From positions 60,679 through 124,678 of the forward strand of contig CASEZG010000001.1 of assembly GCA_949292375.1 (NCBI GenBank): a DNA stretch of 64,000 bases. The letters are read 5' to 3'. The translations under genes were made by a program, and so were the position numbers. Position 1 is the first letter of the stretch. Every line of letters begins with the position of its first letter. Source of the DNA: an uncultured Pseudomonadota bacterium (GTDB lineage Bacteria; Pseudomonadota; Alphaproteobacteria; RF32; CAG-239). The notes under the pieces are model-generated. The model was not told the origin of the DNA and ran no database searches. It was given only the letters and a program-made list of their open reading frames with translations. Shown in pieces: positions 21,777 to 32,570 of the stretch.

Positions 21777-23034
21777 TCCATGTCAGCGGATTTATCGGGT
21801 GATTGTCTTTGCGAAGCTCAACATATAGTTTTGCAGCTGCATCTTCTTCTGGCATTTGCCCTACGGGTTCGCCAGCTAAAAGCATTTGCCCAAGCTCACA
21901 ATCAATCTCTTCCAGACCGGCTAATAGTGAGAGATAGCCTTGTCCGTGTTCTATAATAATCAGGTTGCCGTAACCTCTGAAAGGACCGGCAAAAATAACC
22001 GTGCCGTCATATGGCGATATAACTTGTGCCTGACTGCGGGTTTTGATAATAATACCCTTGGATGTTACACCTTTAGACATTTGTTGACCATAAGCCGTGA
22101 CGACAGGACCTCGCGCCGGACGCAACAAATGCCCTTTAGCTTTAGCAAAATTTGCTCCTGTTTCACTTATAACTTCCGGTTTGAATTTAATCAAGTCAGC
22201 TCTTTGTTTTTCTTCAAGTTTTTTGTTTTCTTCCGCTAAGCGACGTTCTTCCGCGGCTTTGAGTTCGGCTAAGCGGCGACGCTCTTCTTCTTGTTTACGC
22301 AGTTTTTCTTGTCTTTGTTTTTCAAGCTTGTTTAGCAAATCACGCAGGTCGTTGGCTTGTGAGGCCAGTTGTTCAACTTTCTTTTTGGCCTTGACGCTCT
22401 TAACTTCTACCGCATTGCGAATCTTGGATTTGCGCTGAACCAAAACTTTCATTTGTTCATGCTCTTTTTCCAAAATCTTCTTTTGTTTGATGATTTTTGC
22501 CACTTGCTTTTCAACTTGTTGCTTTTTGTTGCTTATTTGCTCCAAATCTTCTCGAATCCGCGTTGCATTTTCTTGCAGATATGGAACAGCCTCCCTTAAA
22601 AGCATGGCACTGCGAATTATCTCCACAGGGGTTAAGGGCTGAACAAAAAGAGCTTCCGTCGGTTTTAGAGCTAAATTTTGTAAGGCTGAAAGCGTCTTTA
22701 TCAGATTCTCATCTTCTAGGGTAAAATTTTCTTCCGCTTTTTGCAAATCGCTTTGCAGCTTTTCTAACTCACTTTCCATTTGTGAGATTTTTTCTTCGCT
22801 GTTTTGAATCTGCTTGGCGGATTTTATCATATCCTTGCTGATTTCGGTTAATTCTAGGCTGATTTGTGTGGCTTGAGCCTGAAGTTTTTTGTGCTCCAAG
22901 TTTTGAGCTTCCACTTCTTTTTCCATTTTTGCCAAATCAGCTTTGGAAACTTCGGCCGCCATAACCGGCTTAAGCATAAGGAACAATGCCCCTATGCTTA
23001 AGACCAAGGTTTTATATGACGACCGTAGTTCCAT
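21766..23034 (-). CDS. Murein hydrolase activator / M23 peptidase with N-terminal coiled coil (EnvC-like)
   Basis: Signal peptide, long coiled-coil region, C-terminal LytM/M23 domain. Confidence 0.8.
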   Translation of the reverse strand: MELRSSYKTLVLSIGALFLMLKPVMAAEVSKADLAKMEKEVEAQNLEHKKLQAQATQISLELTEISKDMIKSAKQIQNSEEKISQMESELEKLQSDLQKAEENFTLEDENLIKTLSALQNLALKPTEALFVQPLTPVEIIRSAMLLREAVPYLQENATRIREDLEQISNKKQQVEKQVAKIIKQKKILEKEHEQMKVLVQRKSKIRNAVEVKSVKAKKKVEQLASQANDLRDLLNKLEKQRQEKLRKQEEERRRLAELKAAEERRLAEENKKLEEKQRADLIKFKPEVISETGANFAKAKGHLLRPARGPVVTAYGQQMSKGVTSKGIIIKTRSQAQVISPYDGTVIFAGPFRGYGNLIIIEHGQGYLSLLAGLEEIDCELGQMLLAGEPVGQMPEEDAAAKLYVELRKDNHPINPLTWIEK

Positions 23035-24567
23035 TTATTTTATCAGCAAAGATTGTCCGCTCATTTCGGCCGGTTTTTCGATACCCAGCAAGTCCAAAAG
23101 TGTCGGCGCAATATCTGCTAATTTGCCATCGCGCAGACCCTTAACCTCTTTCGGGCCATTGACCAGAACATCCATCACTTTGCCGACAGTATGTGCGGTA
23201 TAGGGTGCTCCGGTTACTTCATCAACCATTTTTTCAGCATTGCCATGGTCTGCCGTAACCAACAAAACGCCCCCGACTTTCTCTATTGCCTGAGCTACTC
23301 TGCCTAAACATTCATCTACAGCGGCAACCGCTTTTAATGCGGCTTCCATTATGCCGGTATGTCCGACCATATCGCCATTGGCAAAATTGCAGATAATGAC
23401 ATCAAAACGCTTGTTCTCAATAGCTTCAACCAAATTGTCCGTAACCTCATAGACACTCATCTCCGGCTTGAGGTCATAAGTTGCAACTTTGGGGCTCGGA
23501 ACCAAAATGCGGCTCTCGCCTTTAAATTCTCTTTCTTCACCGCCATTGAAGAAGAAGGTTACATGCGCATATTTTTCCGTTTCGGCAATACGCAGCTGCG
23601 TCAAACCGTGCTCGGAAACAACTTGTCCGAAGATGTTATGCAAAGCCTCTGGACCAAACATTGTTTTCATAAAGCGGTTATGATCTACGGAATATTCCGT
23701 CATACCGACAGACATTGCAAAATTAACCTGCTTTTTGCGCTCAAAACCATTAAACTCTTTGTCAGCCAAAGCATACAAAATCTCTCTGGCTCTATCGGCA
23801 CGGAAGTTCGCCATCAGTACGGCATCGCCATCTTCACATCCTTTATAATCACCAATGACGCAAGGAACAACAAACTCATCGGTTACGCCGTCTTTATAAG
23901 AGGCTTCCATTGCTTCCTTAACCGAGGCATAGCGTTTGCCAGCTGCTGAAACAATGTTGTTGTAAGCATTCTCAACACGGTCCCAACGCTTATCTCTGTC
24001 CATGGCATAGAATCGGCCGGACAAAGTAGCGATTTTTACATTCTCCATTGCTTTTACGGAGTTTTCAAAATCAGCTAGGAATCCGGCAGCTGATGACGGC
24101 GGCGTATCGCGGCCATCCAAAAAGGCATGAACATAAGTTTTGATGCCGTTCTTGTTCAAAATTTCGGCCAGAGCTACAATATGATCCTGACTGGAATGCA
24201 CACCGCCCGGCGACATCAAACCCATTAAGTGGCAAGCTTTGCTCGTAGCTTTAAGCTTGTTAACCAACTCTACCAAAACTGCATTTTTCTCAATGCTGCC
24301 GTCTTTAATGGCTTGGTCAATGCGCGGTAAATCCTGCATAACCACACGGCCGGCACCAAGGTTCATATGTCCGACTTCAGAATTTCCCATTTGTCCGTCC
24401 GGCAAACCTACGGCCAGACCAGAGGTTTCAATCAGGCTATGCGGGCATTCTTCAACGAATTTGTGCCAGTTCGGAGTATTGCCGTTTTCAATGGCATTGT
24501 CCGGCGTGATGGGTCTTCTGTAGCCCCAACCATCCAAAATCAGAAGCATTACGGGTTTTTGTGTCAT
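23035..24567 (-). CDS. gpmI: 2,3-bisphosphoglycerate-independent phosphoglycerate mutase
   Basis: 510 aa. N-terminus LLILDGWG. Metal-binding motifs ADHGN. Confidence 0.92.
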   Translation of the reverse strand: MTQKPVMLLILDGWGYRRPITPDNAIENGNTPNWHKFVEECPHSLIETSGLAVGLPDGQMGNSEVGHMNLGAGRVVMQDLPRIDQAIKDGSIEKNAVLVELVNKLKATSKACHLMGLMSPGGVHSSQDHIVALAEILNKNGIKTYVHAFLDGRDTPPSSAAGFLADFENSVKAMENVKIATLSGRFYAMDRDKRWDRVENAYNNIVSAAGKRYASVKEAMEASYKDGVTDEFVVPCVIGDYKGCEDGDAVLMANFRADRAREILYALADKEFNGFERKKQVNFAMSVGMTEYSVDHNRFMKTMFGPEALHNIFGQVVSEHGLTQLRIAETEKYAHVTFFFNGGEEREFKGESRILVPSPKVATYDLKPEMSVYEVTDNLVEAIENKRFDVIICNFANGDMVGHTGIMEAALKAVAAVDECLGRVAQAIEKVGGVLLVTADHGNAEKMVDEVTGAPYTAHTVGKVMDVLVNGPKEVKGLRDGKLADIAPTLLDLLGIEKPAEMSGQSLLIK

Positions 24568-24699
24568 ACTTTATCTCTCTTTCAATTAAACTTGCACAAC
24601 AAAAGGTTTTGTCATGCCTTATATGCAATACAAACTTCCGATATTATATATAATAAATCGGAATTAAAAAGCACTATTTTGCGATTATTTTATGCTTTT

Positions 24700-26502
24700 T
24701 TATTCTTTTATACTTTGAGCAATTTTGCGCCAGATTTCTGCCGGAAGCGTACCGCCGGTGATGCCTTTCATCGGCGAGTTATCATCGTTGCCAACCCAGA
24801 CGGCAATAACATATTTATCCGTGAAGCCAACAAACCACGCGTCGCGGTAATCTTGCGTCGTTCCGGTTTTGCCTGCCGCAAAGCCCGAAATTTTGGCCTT
24901 GCGCCCCGTTCCTTGACGAATCACCTGCTCTAACATTGTTGTCAGTTCCGCAACAGCTTGTTCATCTAAAATACGGTTTTGCATATCCGCCTCTCTTTGA
25001 TAAAGTTGGTAACCGTCCCTTGTATAAATCTCCTTAATTGCGTGCGGCCAAGTTGCATAGCCTCCGTTGGCAATGGAAGAATAAGCCGTTGCCATATCCA
25101 AGACCCGAACCTCAAAAGTGCCCAAAGCCAAAGACGGTGAATTTTCTATCGGCGTGCTTATGCCCATTTTCTTGGCGGTGCGGATTATGTCTTTGCGTGA
25201 CAGAGATTCCGACAAATTGATGGTGGCTAAATTAAGAGATTTTGCCAAGGCATCACTTAAAGTTACGCTGCCATGATATTTTTTATCATAATTTTCCGGT
25301 TTCCATTTGCCGATTGATAAAGGCACATCTTCTATCAAATCTTGCGGTTTCCAGCCATTTTGCAAAGCCGTCAAATATACAAAAGGCTTGAATGCCGACC
25401 CCGGTTGGCGCAAAGCCGAAACAGCACGGTTATATTGGCTCTTGCGATAATCTATGCCGCCGACCATCGCCTTGACCTCGCCTTGTTTATCCAACACGAC
25501 CACCGCACCTTCACTAACATTGCGGTTCTTGGCTGATAATATGGCTTGACGCAGAATCTTCTCGGCGTTTTCCTGTATCTCTTGGTTGAGTGTGGTATAA
25601 ACATAAATATCATTATCTCTTTCGCCGATATAATCATTTACTTCTCGATAAACCCAATCGGCAAAATAGTCTGCTCCCTGCACTTTATAGGACTTATCTT
25701 CCCCAATAGGCAAAGTTAAAGCATAGCGCATTTGCTGTTCGGTTAATGTATTGTTATTGACCATATTTTGTAAAACAACTTTGGCACGGCTTAAGGCTCT
25801 TTCTTCGCTGGCAAAAGGATTATAGCGCGACGGAGCTTTCAGCATTCCGGCAATGATAGCTGATTCCAACAAGTTCATATCTCTTGAGGATTTTTGAAAA
25901 TATTTTTGGCTGGCTGCTTCAATGCCGTAAGTTCCCGCTCCCAGATATACGCGGTTTAAATACAGTGTTAAAATTTGTTCTTTGGTAAACTTATGCTCCA
26001 GCCAAAAAGCCAGCAAAAGTTCTTGAGTCTTGCGTTTGATGGTCTTTTGCTGAGTTAAGAACAAGTTTTTGGCAACTTGCTGAGAAATCGTGCTTCCGCC
26101 TTGTGCATAGCGTCCCATAAAAATATTGGTCAACATGGCTCTTGTGAAAGCGACAATATCAAAACCAAAGTGTGAATAAAAACGCCTATCTTCGGTTGAG
26201 ATTATGGCATCAGGCACATAAGACGGCAGTTCGTTTAGGTGAATGACCTCCGAATAAACACTGCCAAAAGTTTTTACCTCATTGCCATTTTCGGCCGTGA
26301 TGGTGGTGGAGGGTTGGCGCGTTCTGGCAACAGCTTGCTCGATGTCGGGCAAAGTCAGAAAACAATAAAGCAACCAACCGGAAAAAGTTATCACCAGAAA
26401 ACTTAAAAAAATCAAGATGATACGACGAGTCGCAAGCCTTTGTTTTGACTCTCTTTTTTTGCGTTTTGTTGTCTTCTTTTTTGCTTTTGCTTTCTTTACC
26501 AT
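24700..26502 (-). CDS. Class A penicillin-binding protein (glycosyltransferase plus transpeptidase), short form
   Basis: GT51 motifs EDRRFYSHFG and RYLN-type. Transpeptidase motifs SAFKP and KTGT. N-terminal basic tail plus TM. Confidence 0.85.
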   Translation of the reverse strand: MVKKAKAKKKTTKRKKRESKQRLATRRIILIFLSFLVITFSGWLLYCFLTLPDIEQAVARTRQPSTTITAENGNEVKTFGSVYSEVIHLNELPSYVPDAIISTEDRRFYSHFGFDIVAFTRAMLTNIFMGRYAQGGSTISQQVAKNLFLTQQKTIKRKTQELLLAFWLEHKFTKEQILTLYLNRVYLGAGTYGIEAASQKYFQKSSRDMNLLESAIIAGMLKAPSRYNPFASEERALSRAKVVLQNMVNNNTLTEQQMRYALTLPIGEDKSYKVQGADYFADWVYREVNDYIGERDNDIYVYTTLNQEIQENAEKILRQAILSAKNRNVSEGAVVVLDKQGEVKAMVGGIDYRKSQYNRAVSALRQPGSAFKPFVYLTALQNGWKPQDLIEDVPLSIGKWKPENYDKKYHGSVTLSDALAKSLNLATINLSESLSRKDIIRTAKKMGISTPIENSPSLALGTFEVRVLDMATAYSSIANGGYATWPHAIKEIYTRDGYQLYQREADMQNRILDEQAVAELTTMLEQVIRQGTGRKAKISGFAAGKTGTTQDYRDAWFVGFTDKYVIAVWVGNDDNSPMKGITGGTLPAEIWRKIAQSIKE

Positions 26503-26584
26503 TTAATCTTTCCTTGCGTGGAGTCATAGAATCCGTTATTAATTTTAGTATCAATTTTGCCACAAATAAGTTAAGGAAAATTTT

Positions 26585-26785
26585 ATGAAAACCGTTTCTG
26601 TTGCGCTTAATCAAAATTTGTATGCCAAGCTTGTTCTTATGGCCGAAAAGAGCGGACGTTCGGTTGATGAGTGTTTGGAACTTGCCGTTGGCGAATATGT
26701 TGAAAATTTTGAAGATATTTATAAAACCGACCTTAATTCGGTCAGCTCGCTTGAACGCTCCTTCTTTTTATCTGTTGGCGAATAG
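26585..26785 (+). CDS. Small ribbon-helix-helix (CopG/ParD-like) protein, orphan antitoxin-like
   Basis: 66 aa. The N-terminal beta-strand TVSVALNQNLYAKL followed by helices matches an RHH pattern. AAGGA RBS. No adjacent toxin ORF. Confidence 0.45.
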   Translation: MKTVSVALNQNLYAKLVLMAEKSGRSVDECLELAVGEYVENFEDIYKTDLNSVSSLERSFFLSVGE

Positions 26786-26841
26786 ATTTTTGTCGTTTAT
26801 ATTCATATACAAGTTTAACTCTCCCTTTATGAGGCCGCGTC

Positions 26842-29601
26842 ATGACTAAAAAAGTTTGTTTGGTTGACGGTTCGGGTTATATCTTTCGCGCTTTTTATGC
26901 CCTGCCCTCAATGACGAATCCGCAAGGTGTTCCGGTTAATGCCGTTTATGGTTTTACCAATATGTTTATGAAGCTCACCTCGCAGATTAAGTGCGACTAT
27001 TCTCTCGTTTTGTTTGATGCTAAGCGGCAAAATTTTCGTAACAATATTTTTCCCGACTATAAGGGAACAAGAAAAGAGATTCCCGAAGAGCTTATTCCGC
27101 AGTTTGAACTCATTCGTAACGCTGTTACCGCGCTTAACCTCAACTATCTGGAAATGGAAGGCTTTGAGGCTGATGACTTGATTGCAACTTATACGGAAGA
27201 AGCTCTGAAAAAGGGCTATGAAGTGGTCGTTGTTTCCGCGGACAAAGATTTGATGCAGCTTATTCGCCCCGGCGTGGAACTGTTTGACCCGATGAAAGAC
27301 AAATTCTTCACCCCGGAAGATGTTAAAGAAAAATTCGGCGTTTTGCCAGACAAAGTTATTGATGTACAGGCTTTGTCCGGCGATAGCATTGATAATGTGC
27401 CGGGGGTTCCGGGAATCGGCCCCAAAACCGCGGCGGAATTAGTTAATCAGTTCGGCTCCCTAGAAGGGGTCTTGGAGCATGCTGCCGAAATTAAGCAAAA
27501 CAAACGGCGCGAAACTTTGCTTGTCAATATTGAAAATGCACGTATATCCAAACAACTGGTTGAGCTCAAAAAAGATGTGCCAGTCGAACACCCTTTGGAA
27601 GAATATGTTTGCCGCAGTCCTGAGCTTACCACCCTGCTCCATTTTGTTGAGTTACACGAGTTTAAAAGCCTGAAAAACAGAGTGGAAAAATGGGTGGCTG
27701 AACAATGCGCCGACCATTTGAGCTCTGCCGCGCAAAATGCCGCACATAAAAAAGTTGAGAAAAAATATGAATTGGTTACGGATGAAAAAAGCCTGAAGAT
27801 TTGGGCAGAAAAAATCAGCGTTGCCGGCTCTTTTGCTTTTAAAACCATAGCAACGGGAATTGAGCCTTTCTTTGATAAGATTTTAGGTATTGCCTTGGCT
27901 CTTAACCCCGGTGAGGCTTGTTATATTCCGCTTGCTTTGCCCGAAACTCAAACCGGCACAAACTTAGATTTGTTTGCTTCACCGCAACCTTCTGAAAAAA
28001 CTATTTCAGCCCAACTTGCTGCTCAATATCTGCAACCTCTGTTTCTTAATCGCTCCATCCTAAAAATCGGGCATTCTATGAAACTTAATTTGCATTTTAT
28101 GAGCCAGGTTTTCGGCCCTGAAGCAGATATTGCGCCAATAGATGATGTCGCGGTTATTTCTTATGTTTTGGATAGTACCGAACATGGGCATAATCTTGAC
28201 GAGTTGGCGGAATTGTTTTTGGATTATAAAGCTCAAAAGTTGGAAAATTTGCTCGGAAGCGGCAAAAACAAACTCAATATTGAAGCCATCAGCGCGCAAC
28301 AGCTTTTGGACTTTGCCGCCGAACAAGCCGACCTTTCTCTGCGCCTGTATAATATCTTGAAACCGAGGCTTGTTCCTGAGCGCAAAGCTGCTGTTTATGA
28401 AAATTTTGACCGACAGCTTATCCGCACCTTGAAAGATATGGAACAAAACGGTGTGATGGTTGATGCCGCCGCGCTGCGCAAGCTTAGTTCTTCCTTTGAG
28501 GAGCAACTCAGGCTGCTTGAAAGCCAAGTTTATGCCCTCGCCGGAGAAGAATTTAATCTTGGTTCGCCCAAACAAATCGGCGAGATTTTATATAATAAAC
28601 TCGGCTTAAAAGGCAAAAAAACAGCCAGCGGCGGGTTTCAGACCGGCGCAGATGTCTTAGAAAAAATGGCTGAAGAGCACGAGCTGCCGGCAAAGATTTT
28701 GGAGTGGCGCAGTTTTGCCAAACTCAAGTCCACTTATACCGAAGCCTTACTTAATCTTCTAGACAGCCATAGTCGTTTGCACACTACATATAATCAGATT
28801 ACGACAACTACGGGGCGTTTGTCCTCAACGAATCCGAATTTGCAGAATATTCCCATTCGAACGGATATGGGGCTTAAAATTCGCGAATGTTTTATCGCCA
28901 AGCCCGGTTATAAAATTATATCTTCCGACTATTCACAAGTTGAATTGAGGCTAATGGCCGTGGTGGCTGATGTTAAAGCCCTTAAAGAAGCTTTTAATCG
29001 CGGTATTGATATTCATACGGCAACGGCAGCAAAAGTCTTTAATGTTCCGGCTGAGCAAGTTGACCATAATTTGCGTCGCCATGCCAAAACCATTAACTTC
29101 GGTGTGATTTACGGTATTTCGCAATATGGTTTGGCAAAGCAGCTCGGAATCTCTGCCGATGAGGCTAAAAACTACATAGACAACTATTTTCGCCAAATGC
29201 CTGAAATCAAAACTTATATGGAAAAGACTATTGATTTTGCGCATAAGAACGGGTTTGTTCTGACCCCTTACGGGCGAAAATGTTTTGTTTACGGAATCAA
29301 TGACAGCAACAAACGTCTTGCTGCAAATGCGGAAAGAGCCGCAATTAATGCTCCTTTGCAAGGCGGCGCGGCAGATATTATCAAAATAGCCATGAACCAA
29401 TGTTTGTGGCGGTTGCAAAAAGGCGGATTCAAAACCAAAATGCTTTTGCAAGTGCATGATGAATTGGTTTTTGAAGCTCCAGATAACGAAGTTGAAACCG
29501 TCAAAACTTTGATAAAAGAAACAATGGAGAATGTCGTTAAATTTGACATTCCCTTTATTGCCGAAACAGGTGTCGGGCAAAATTGGGCGGAAGCGCACTA
29601 G
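26842..29601 (+). CDS. polA: DNA polymerase I
   Basis: 919 aa. 5'-3' exonuclease, 3'-5' exonuclease and polymerase motifs (DYSQVELR, QVHDELVFE). Confidence 0.95.
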   Translation: MTKKVCLVDGSGYIFRAFYALPSMTNPQGVPVNAVYGFTNMFMKLTSQIKCDYSLVLFDAKRQNFRNNIFPDYKGTRKEIPEELIPQFELIRNAVTALNLNYLEMEGFEADDLIATYTEEALKKGYEVVVVSADKDLMQLIRPGVELFDPMKDKFFTPEDVKEKFGVLPDKVIDVQALSGDSIDNVPGVPGIGPKTAAELVNQFGSLEGVLEHAAEIKQNKRRETLLVNIENARISKQLVELKKDVPVEHPLEEYVCRSPELTTLLHFVELHEFKSLKNRVEKWVAEQCADHLSSAAQNAAHKKVEKKYELVTDEKSLKIWAEKISVAGSFAFKTIATGIEPFFDKILGIALALNPGEACYIPLALPETQTGTNLDLFASPQPSEKTISAQLAAQYLQPLFLNRSILKIGHSMKLNLHFMSQVFGPEADIAPIDDVAVISYVLDSTEHGHNLDELAELFLDYKAQKLENLLGSGKNKLNIEAISAQQLLDFAAEQADLSLRLYNILKPRLVPERKAAVYENFDRQLIRTLKDMEQNGVMVDAAALRKLSSSFEEQLRLLESQVYALAGEEFNLGSPKQIGEILYNKLGLKGKKTASGGFQTGADVLEKMAEEHELPAKILEWRSFAKLKSTYTEALLNLLDSHSRLHTTYNQITTTTGRLSSTNPNLQNIPIRTDMGLKIRECFIAKPGYKIISSDYSQVELRLMAVVADVKALKEAFNRGIDIHTATAAKVFNVPAEQVDHNLRRHAKTINFGVIYGISQYGLAKQLGISADEAKNYIDNYFRQMPEIKTYMEKTIDFAHKNGFVLTPYGRKCFVYGINDSNKRLAANAERAAINAPLQGGAADIIKIAMNQCLWRLQKGGFKTKMLLQVHDELVFEAPDNEVETVKTLIKETMENVVKFDIPFIAETGVGQNWAEAH

Positions 29602-30671
29602 CCTTGTTGTTGGTCCTTCTTAGACTTTAATTGTCCGCAGGCGGCTAAAATATCTTGTCCGCGCGGGGTTCTTATCGGTGCGGCATAGCCCGCATGATTT
29701 AAGACTTTGGCAAAAGCATGAATCCGGTTGTTGGAGCTTGGTTCAAAACCGCAACCCGGCCAAGGATTGAAGGCTATCAGATTAAACTTGGCGTTGATTT
29801 GATATTTTTTCATCAAATTTATCAGTTGATTGGCATTCTCTATGGAATCGTTAACACCGTTTAACATTAGATATTCAAAAGTTATGTAACGGCTGCCATC
29901 CTTGCTTTGGTAGTCCTGACAAGCTTTCATTACTTCTGCTAAAGGATATTTTTTGTTTATAGGCATTATTTGTGAGCGAATCTCATCGGTGGGCGCGTGC
30001 AGGCTGATGGCTAAGCGAACACCCGTTGCCTCGGCAACTTCTACAATTTTTGGTGCAATTCCCGAAGTGGAGAGCGTTATGCGGCGGCGCGAAACTGCTA
30101 TGCCCTCGCCGTCGGTTATGATATTCATGGCTTTGATGACATTTTCTACATTTTGCAGGGGTTCGCCCATGCCCATAACCACAATGTTGGACAGCATTCG
30201 GTTCTCGTCCGTTTTGGTCGGCCATTCGTTATAGACATCTCGCGCAACCATAAACTGGCCGACTATCTCTCCAGCCGTCAGATTTCTGGTAAGTTTTTGA
30301 CTGCCCGTATGGCAAAAACGACATCCCATCGCGCAACCGACTTGGGTGGAGATACATACTGCTCCGCGGTCTTCTTCCGGAATATAGACCATCTCAACTC
30401 TTTGTCCATCCGCAAACTCCAGCAACCATTTATGTGTCTTGTCTACCGAAATTTGTTCGGTAACGATTTGGGGACGTGTAATCGTAAAATTTTCAGCTAG
30501 TTTGGCGCGTAAATCTTTTGAAAAACTGGTCATTTTTTCAAAATCACTTACGCCATGATAATATAGCCACTGCCAAAGTTGTTTGGCACGAAAAGGTTTT
30601 TCGCCCAGCTTAGCTATTTGCTCGGCAATTTCTTCTTTGCTTAAACCTAAGAGTTCTATTTTGTCCGTCAT
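29598..30671 (-). CDS. rlmN: 23S rRNA m2A2503 / tRNA methyltransferase, radical SAM
   Basis: CAMGCRFCHTG radical-SAM cluster motif. About 357 aa. Confidence 0.9.
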   Translation of the reverse strand: MTDKIELLGLSKEEIAEQIAKLGEKPFRAKQLWQWLYYHGVSDFEKMTSFSKDLRAKLAENFTITRPQIVTEQISVDKTHKWLLEFADGQRVEMVYIPEEDRGAVCISTQVGCAMGCRFCHTGSQKLTRNLTAGEIVGQFMVARDVYNEWPTKTDENRMLSNIVVMGMGEPLQNVENVIKAMNIITDGEGIAVSRRRITLSTSGIAPKIVEVAEATGVRLAISLHAPTDEIRSQIMPINKKYPLAEVMKACQDYQSKDGSRYITFEYLMLNGVNDSIENANQLINLMKKYQINAKFNLIAFNPWPGCGFEPSSNNRIHAFAKVLNHAGYAAPIRTPRGQDILAACGQLKSKKDQQQG

Positions 30672-31189
30672 TATTTTTTACCGCATTTGGCACTGATTGC
30701 TCTGTATGCGCTGCTGAAACCAGCTAGAGAATAAGTGTCTTTTGTATTGGTTCCGCGTGCAGAGGTTCCGTTAACAATCATACGCTCACCGCGTTTCATT
30801 CCGTCCACCAATTCTCTGTCTACACGGTCACTTACAGCCCAAGCTTTGTCTCCACTCGTGAAGAGCTTTTTATATGTTTTGGTGCCGATTTTGACAACAA
30901 CCGGTGAATCCGGCTTAAAGGTATAGCCGGCTACAAAATTGACGACGTCAAAGCTTTTTTCTGCCGGACGATGGGTTACTACGGCATAAATATCACCGCG
31001 TTTGGTATATTTTCCTTCATCTTTTTTCGGTGTGGAGGCCATATAGCAAACAATGCCGCTGGAATCCTTGTGATAGTAGGCAACCCAATCATCATATTCG
31101 CCAATGAGTTTTGGACCGGAAGCCGCTGCATTTGCACCACTTGCGACAAGCAAACTAAAGAGAGAAACAGATAAAAACTTTTTTAACAT
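30671..31189 (-). CDS. ialB: Invasion-associated locus B (IalB) family periplasmic protein
   Basis: Signal peptide MLKKFLSVSLFSLLVASGANAAA. IalB-like WxxxC composition. The true start is the internal Met, so the longer 368-aa ORF is rejected. Confidence 0.7.
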   Translation of the reverse strand: MLKKFLSVSLFSLLVASGANAAASGPKLIGEYDDWVAYYHKDSSGIVCYMASTPKKDEGKYTKRGDIYAVVTHRPAEKSFDVVNFVAGYTFKPDSPVVVKIGTKTYKKLFTSGDKAWAVSDRVDRELVDGMKRGERMIVNGTSARGTNTKDTYSLAGFSSAYRAISAKCGKK

Positions 31190-31294
31190 ACTCTTGTACC
31201 CACAATTTATGATTATTTGCCAATTATTGTATTTGAAAAATATATAAAAACTGTTAACAATAAGGCAGATTTTAAAATATCGGGAAAAAACAAA

Positions 31295-32536
31295 ATGATT
31301 AGAGATAATTATCTGGATATGAGCAAAATTATTCAGGACAAAAAGGTTCTGAAGTTGTTTCGCGTGGTGGAAAGCCACGGCGGCGCGCTTCGTTTCGTTG
31401 GTGGTGCCGTGCGTGATGCTTTGGCCGGCCTTAAAGGTTTTGATTTGGACTTGGCAACCGACCTTTCTCCCGATGAGTTGGTTGAGGCTTGTTCCGAAAA
31501 TGGTTTGCGCACCGTGCCTATCGGCATTAAGTTCGGAACGGTTGGCGTCATCATTAACGATAAGGTTTTGGAAGTTACGTCTTTGCGCCGCGATGTTAAA
31601 ACCGACGGTCGTCATGCCGAAGTTGAATTTACGACCGACTGGGAAGCTGACGCTGCTCGCCGTGACCTGACAATCAACGCTGTTTATGCCGATGAAAAAG
31701 GTAATGTTTTTGACTATTATAACGGCATTGAAGACTTGGAAAAAGGAAATGTTCGTTTTATCGGCAATCCTAACCACCGCATTAAAGAAGATTATTTACG
31801 AATCTTGCGTTTCTTCCGTTTTTATTCTCTCTTTGGAAAAGGCGAAATGGATGAAAAAGCTCTTAAAGCCTGTGTCGAGAATCGTGAAGGATTGAAAAAC
31901 TTATCGATTGAGAGAATCCGTGATGAATTTTCTAAAATCTTGTTGACCCCAAATGTGAGTAAAACACTCAAAATTATGTTTGATAACGAGATTTTGGGTT
32001 TTCTTCTCCCAACCTCGCAGAATTTTGAGCAGCTTGATTTTTTGATTAAGCTGGTTGATGATGAAAATATCCCTCATGCGGCTATGCGGCGTTTGTTCGT
32101 TTTATATCAACCCGACGAAGAGTTGGCCGAGAGCTTGGCTACTCGCCTACACTTAACCAAAAAGCAGCGCGAATCTTTTGTTCGTTGGGCGGTTATTTCT
32201 CTTCCAGAAAACGCTTTCGGTGATGATAAGAATATTATGCGGCTGATTTATAAATATGGTAAAGAATTTTGCCGCGACAAAATGTTGTTACAATCGGCCT
32301 TAGAAATGAAAAATATTGTTAATTTGCATGAAAAATTGCAACAAATTGACGATGCCATTGTTCCCATCTTTCCTCTACGCGGCAAAGATATTATCAGCGC
32401 AGGCATTAATAATAACCGGAAAATCGGCTCCGTTTTAGATGAGTTGGAAAAACTTTGGATTGAAAGCGATTTTCAGCTTACCAGAGAAGAATTATTGAGC
32501 AGAATCGGCGAAATTTATCAGGAAGCAACAGCTTAG
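31295..32536 (+). CDS. cca: CCA tRNA nucleotidyltransferase / poly(A) polymerase family
   Basis: FVGGAVRDAL and GxDLDLAT nucleotidyltransferase motifs, RRD motif. The start could instead be the upstream ATG at 31217. Confidence 0.8.
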   Translation: MIRDNYLDMSKIIQDKKVLKLFRVVESHGGALRFVGGAVRDALAGLKGFDLDLATDLSPDELVEACSENGLRTVPIGIKFGTVGVIINDKVLEVTSLRRDVKTDGRHAEVEFTTDWEADAARRDLTINAVYADEKGNVFDYYNGIEDLEKGNVRFIGNPNHRIKEDYLRILRFFRFYSLFGKGEMDEKALKACVENREGLKNLSIERIRDEFSKILLTPNVSKTLKIMFDNEILGFLLPTSQNFEQLDFLIKLVDDENIPHAAMRRLFVLYQPDEELAESLATRLHLTKKQRESFVRWAVISLPENAFGDDKNIMRLIYKYGKEFCRDKMLLQSALEMKNIVNLHEKLQQIDDAIVPIFPLRGKDIISAGINNNRKIGSVLDELEKLWIESDFQLTREELLSRIGEIYQEATA

Positions 32537-32538
32537 AA

Positions 32539-32570
32539 TTAAGGCAACCTTTTGTGGTTGCCTTTTTTCA
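32539..32570. terminator. Bidirectional terminator between the convergent cca and recR
   Basis: aaggcaacc ttttgt ggttgcctt tttt. Confidence 0.75.

Noticed and set aside
27447-28575. 133-aa and 171-aa minus-strand ORFs inside polA
   Set aside because: Antisense to polA, with no motifs.
30671-31777. 368-aa extended ORF including the ialB region
   Set aside because: Only the C-terminal 172 aa, from the internal Met and signal peptide, look like a real protein (IalB). The upstream 196 aa are low-complexity and overlap the cca promoter region.
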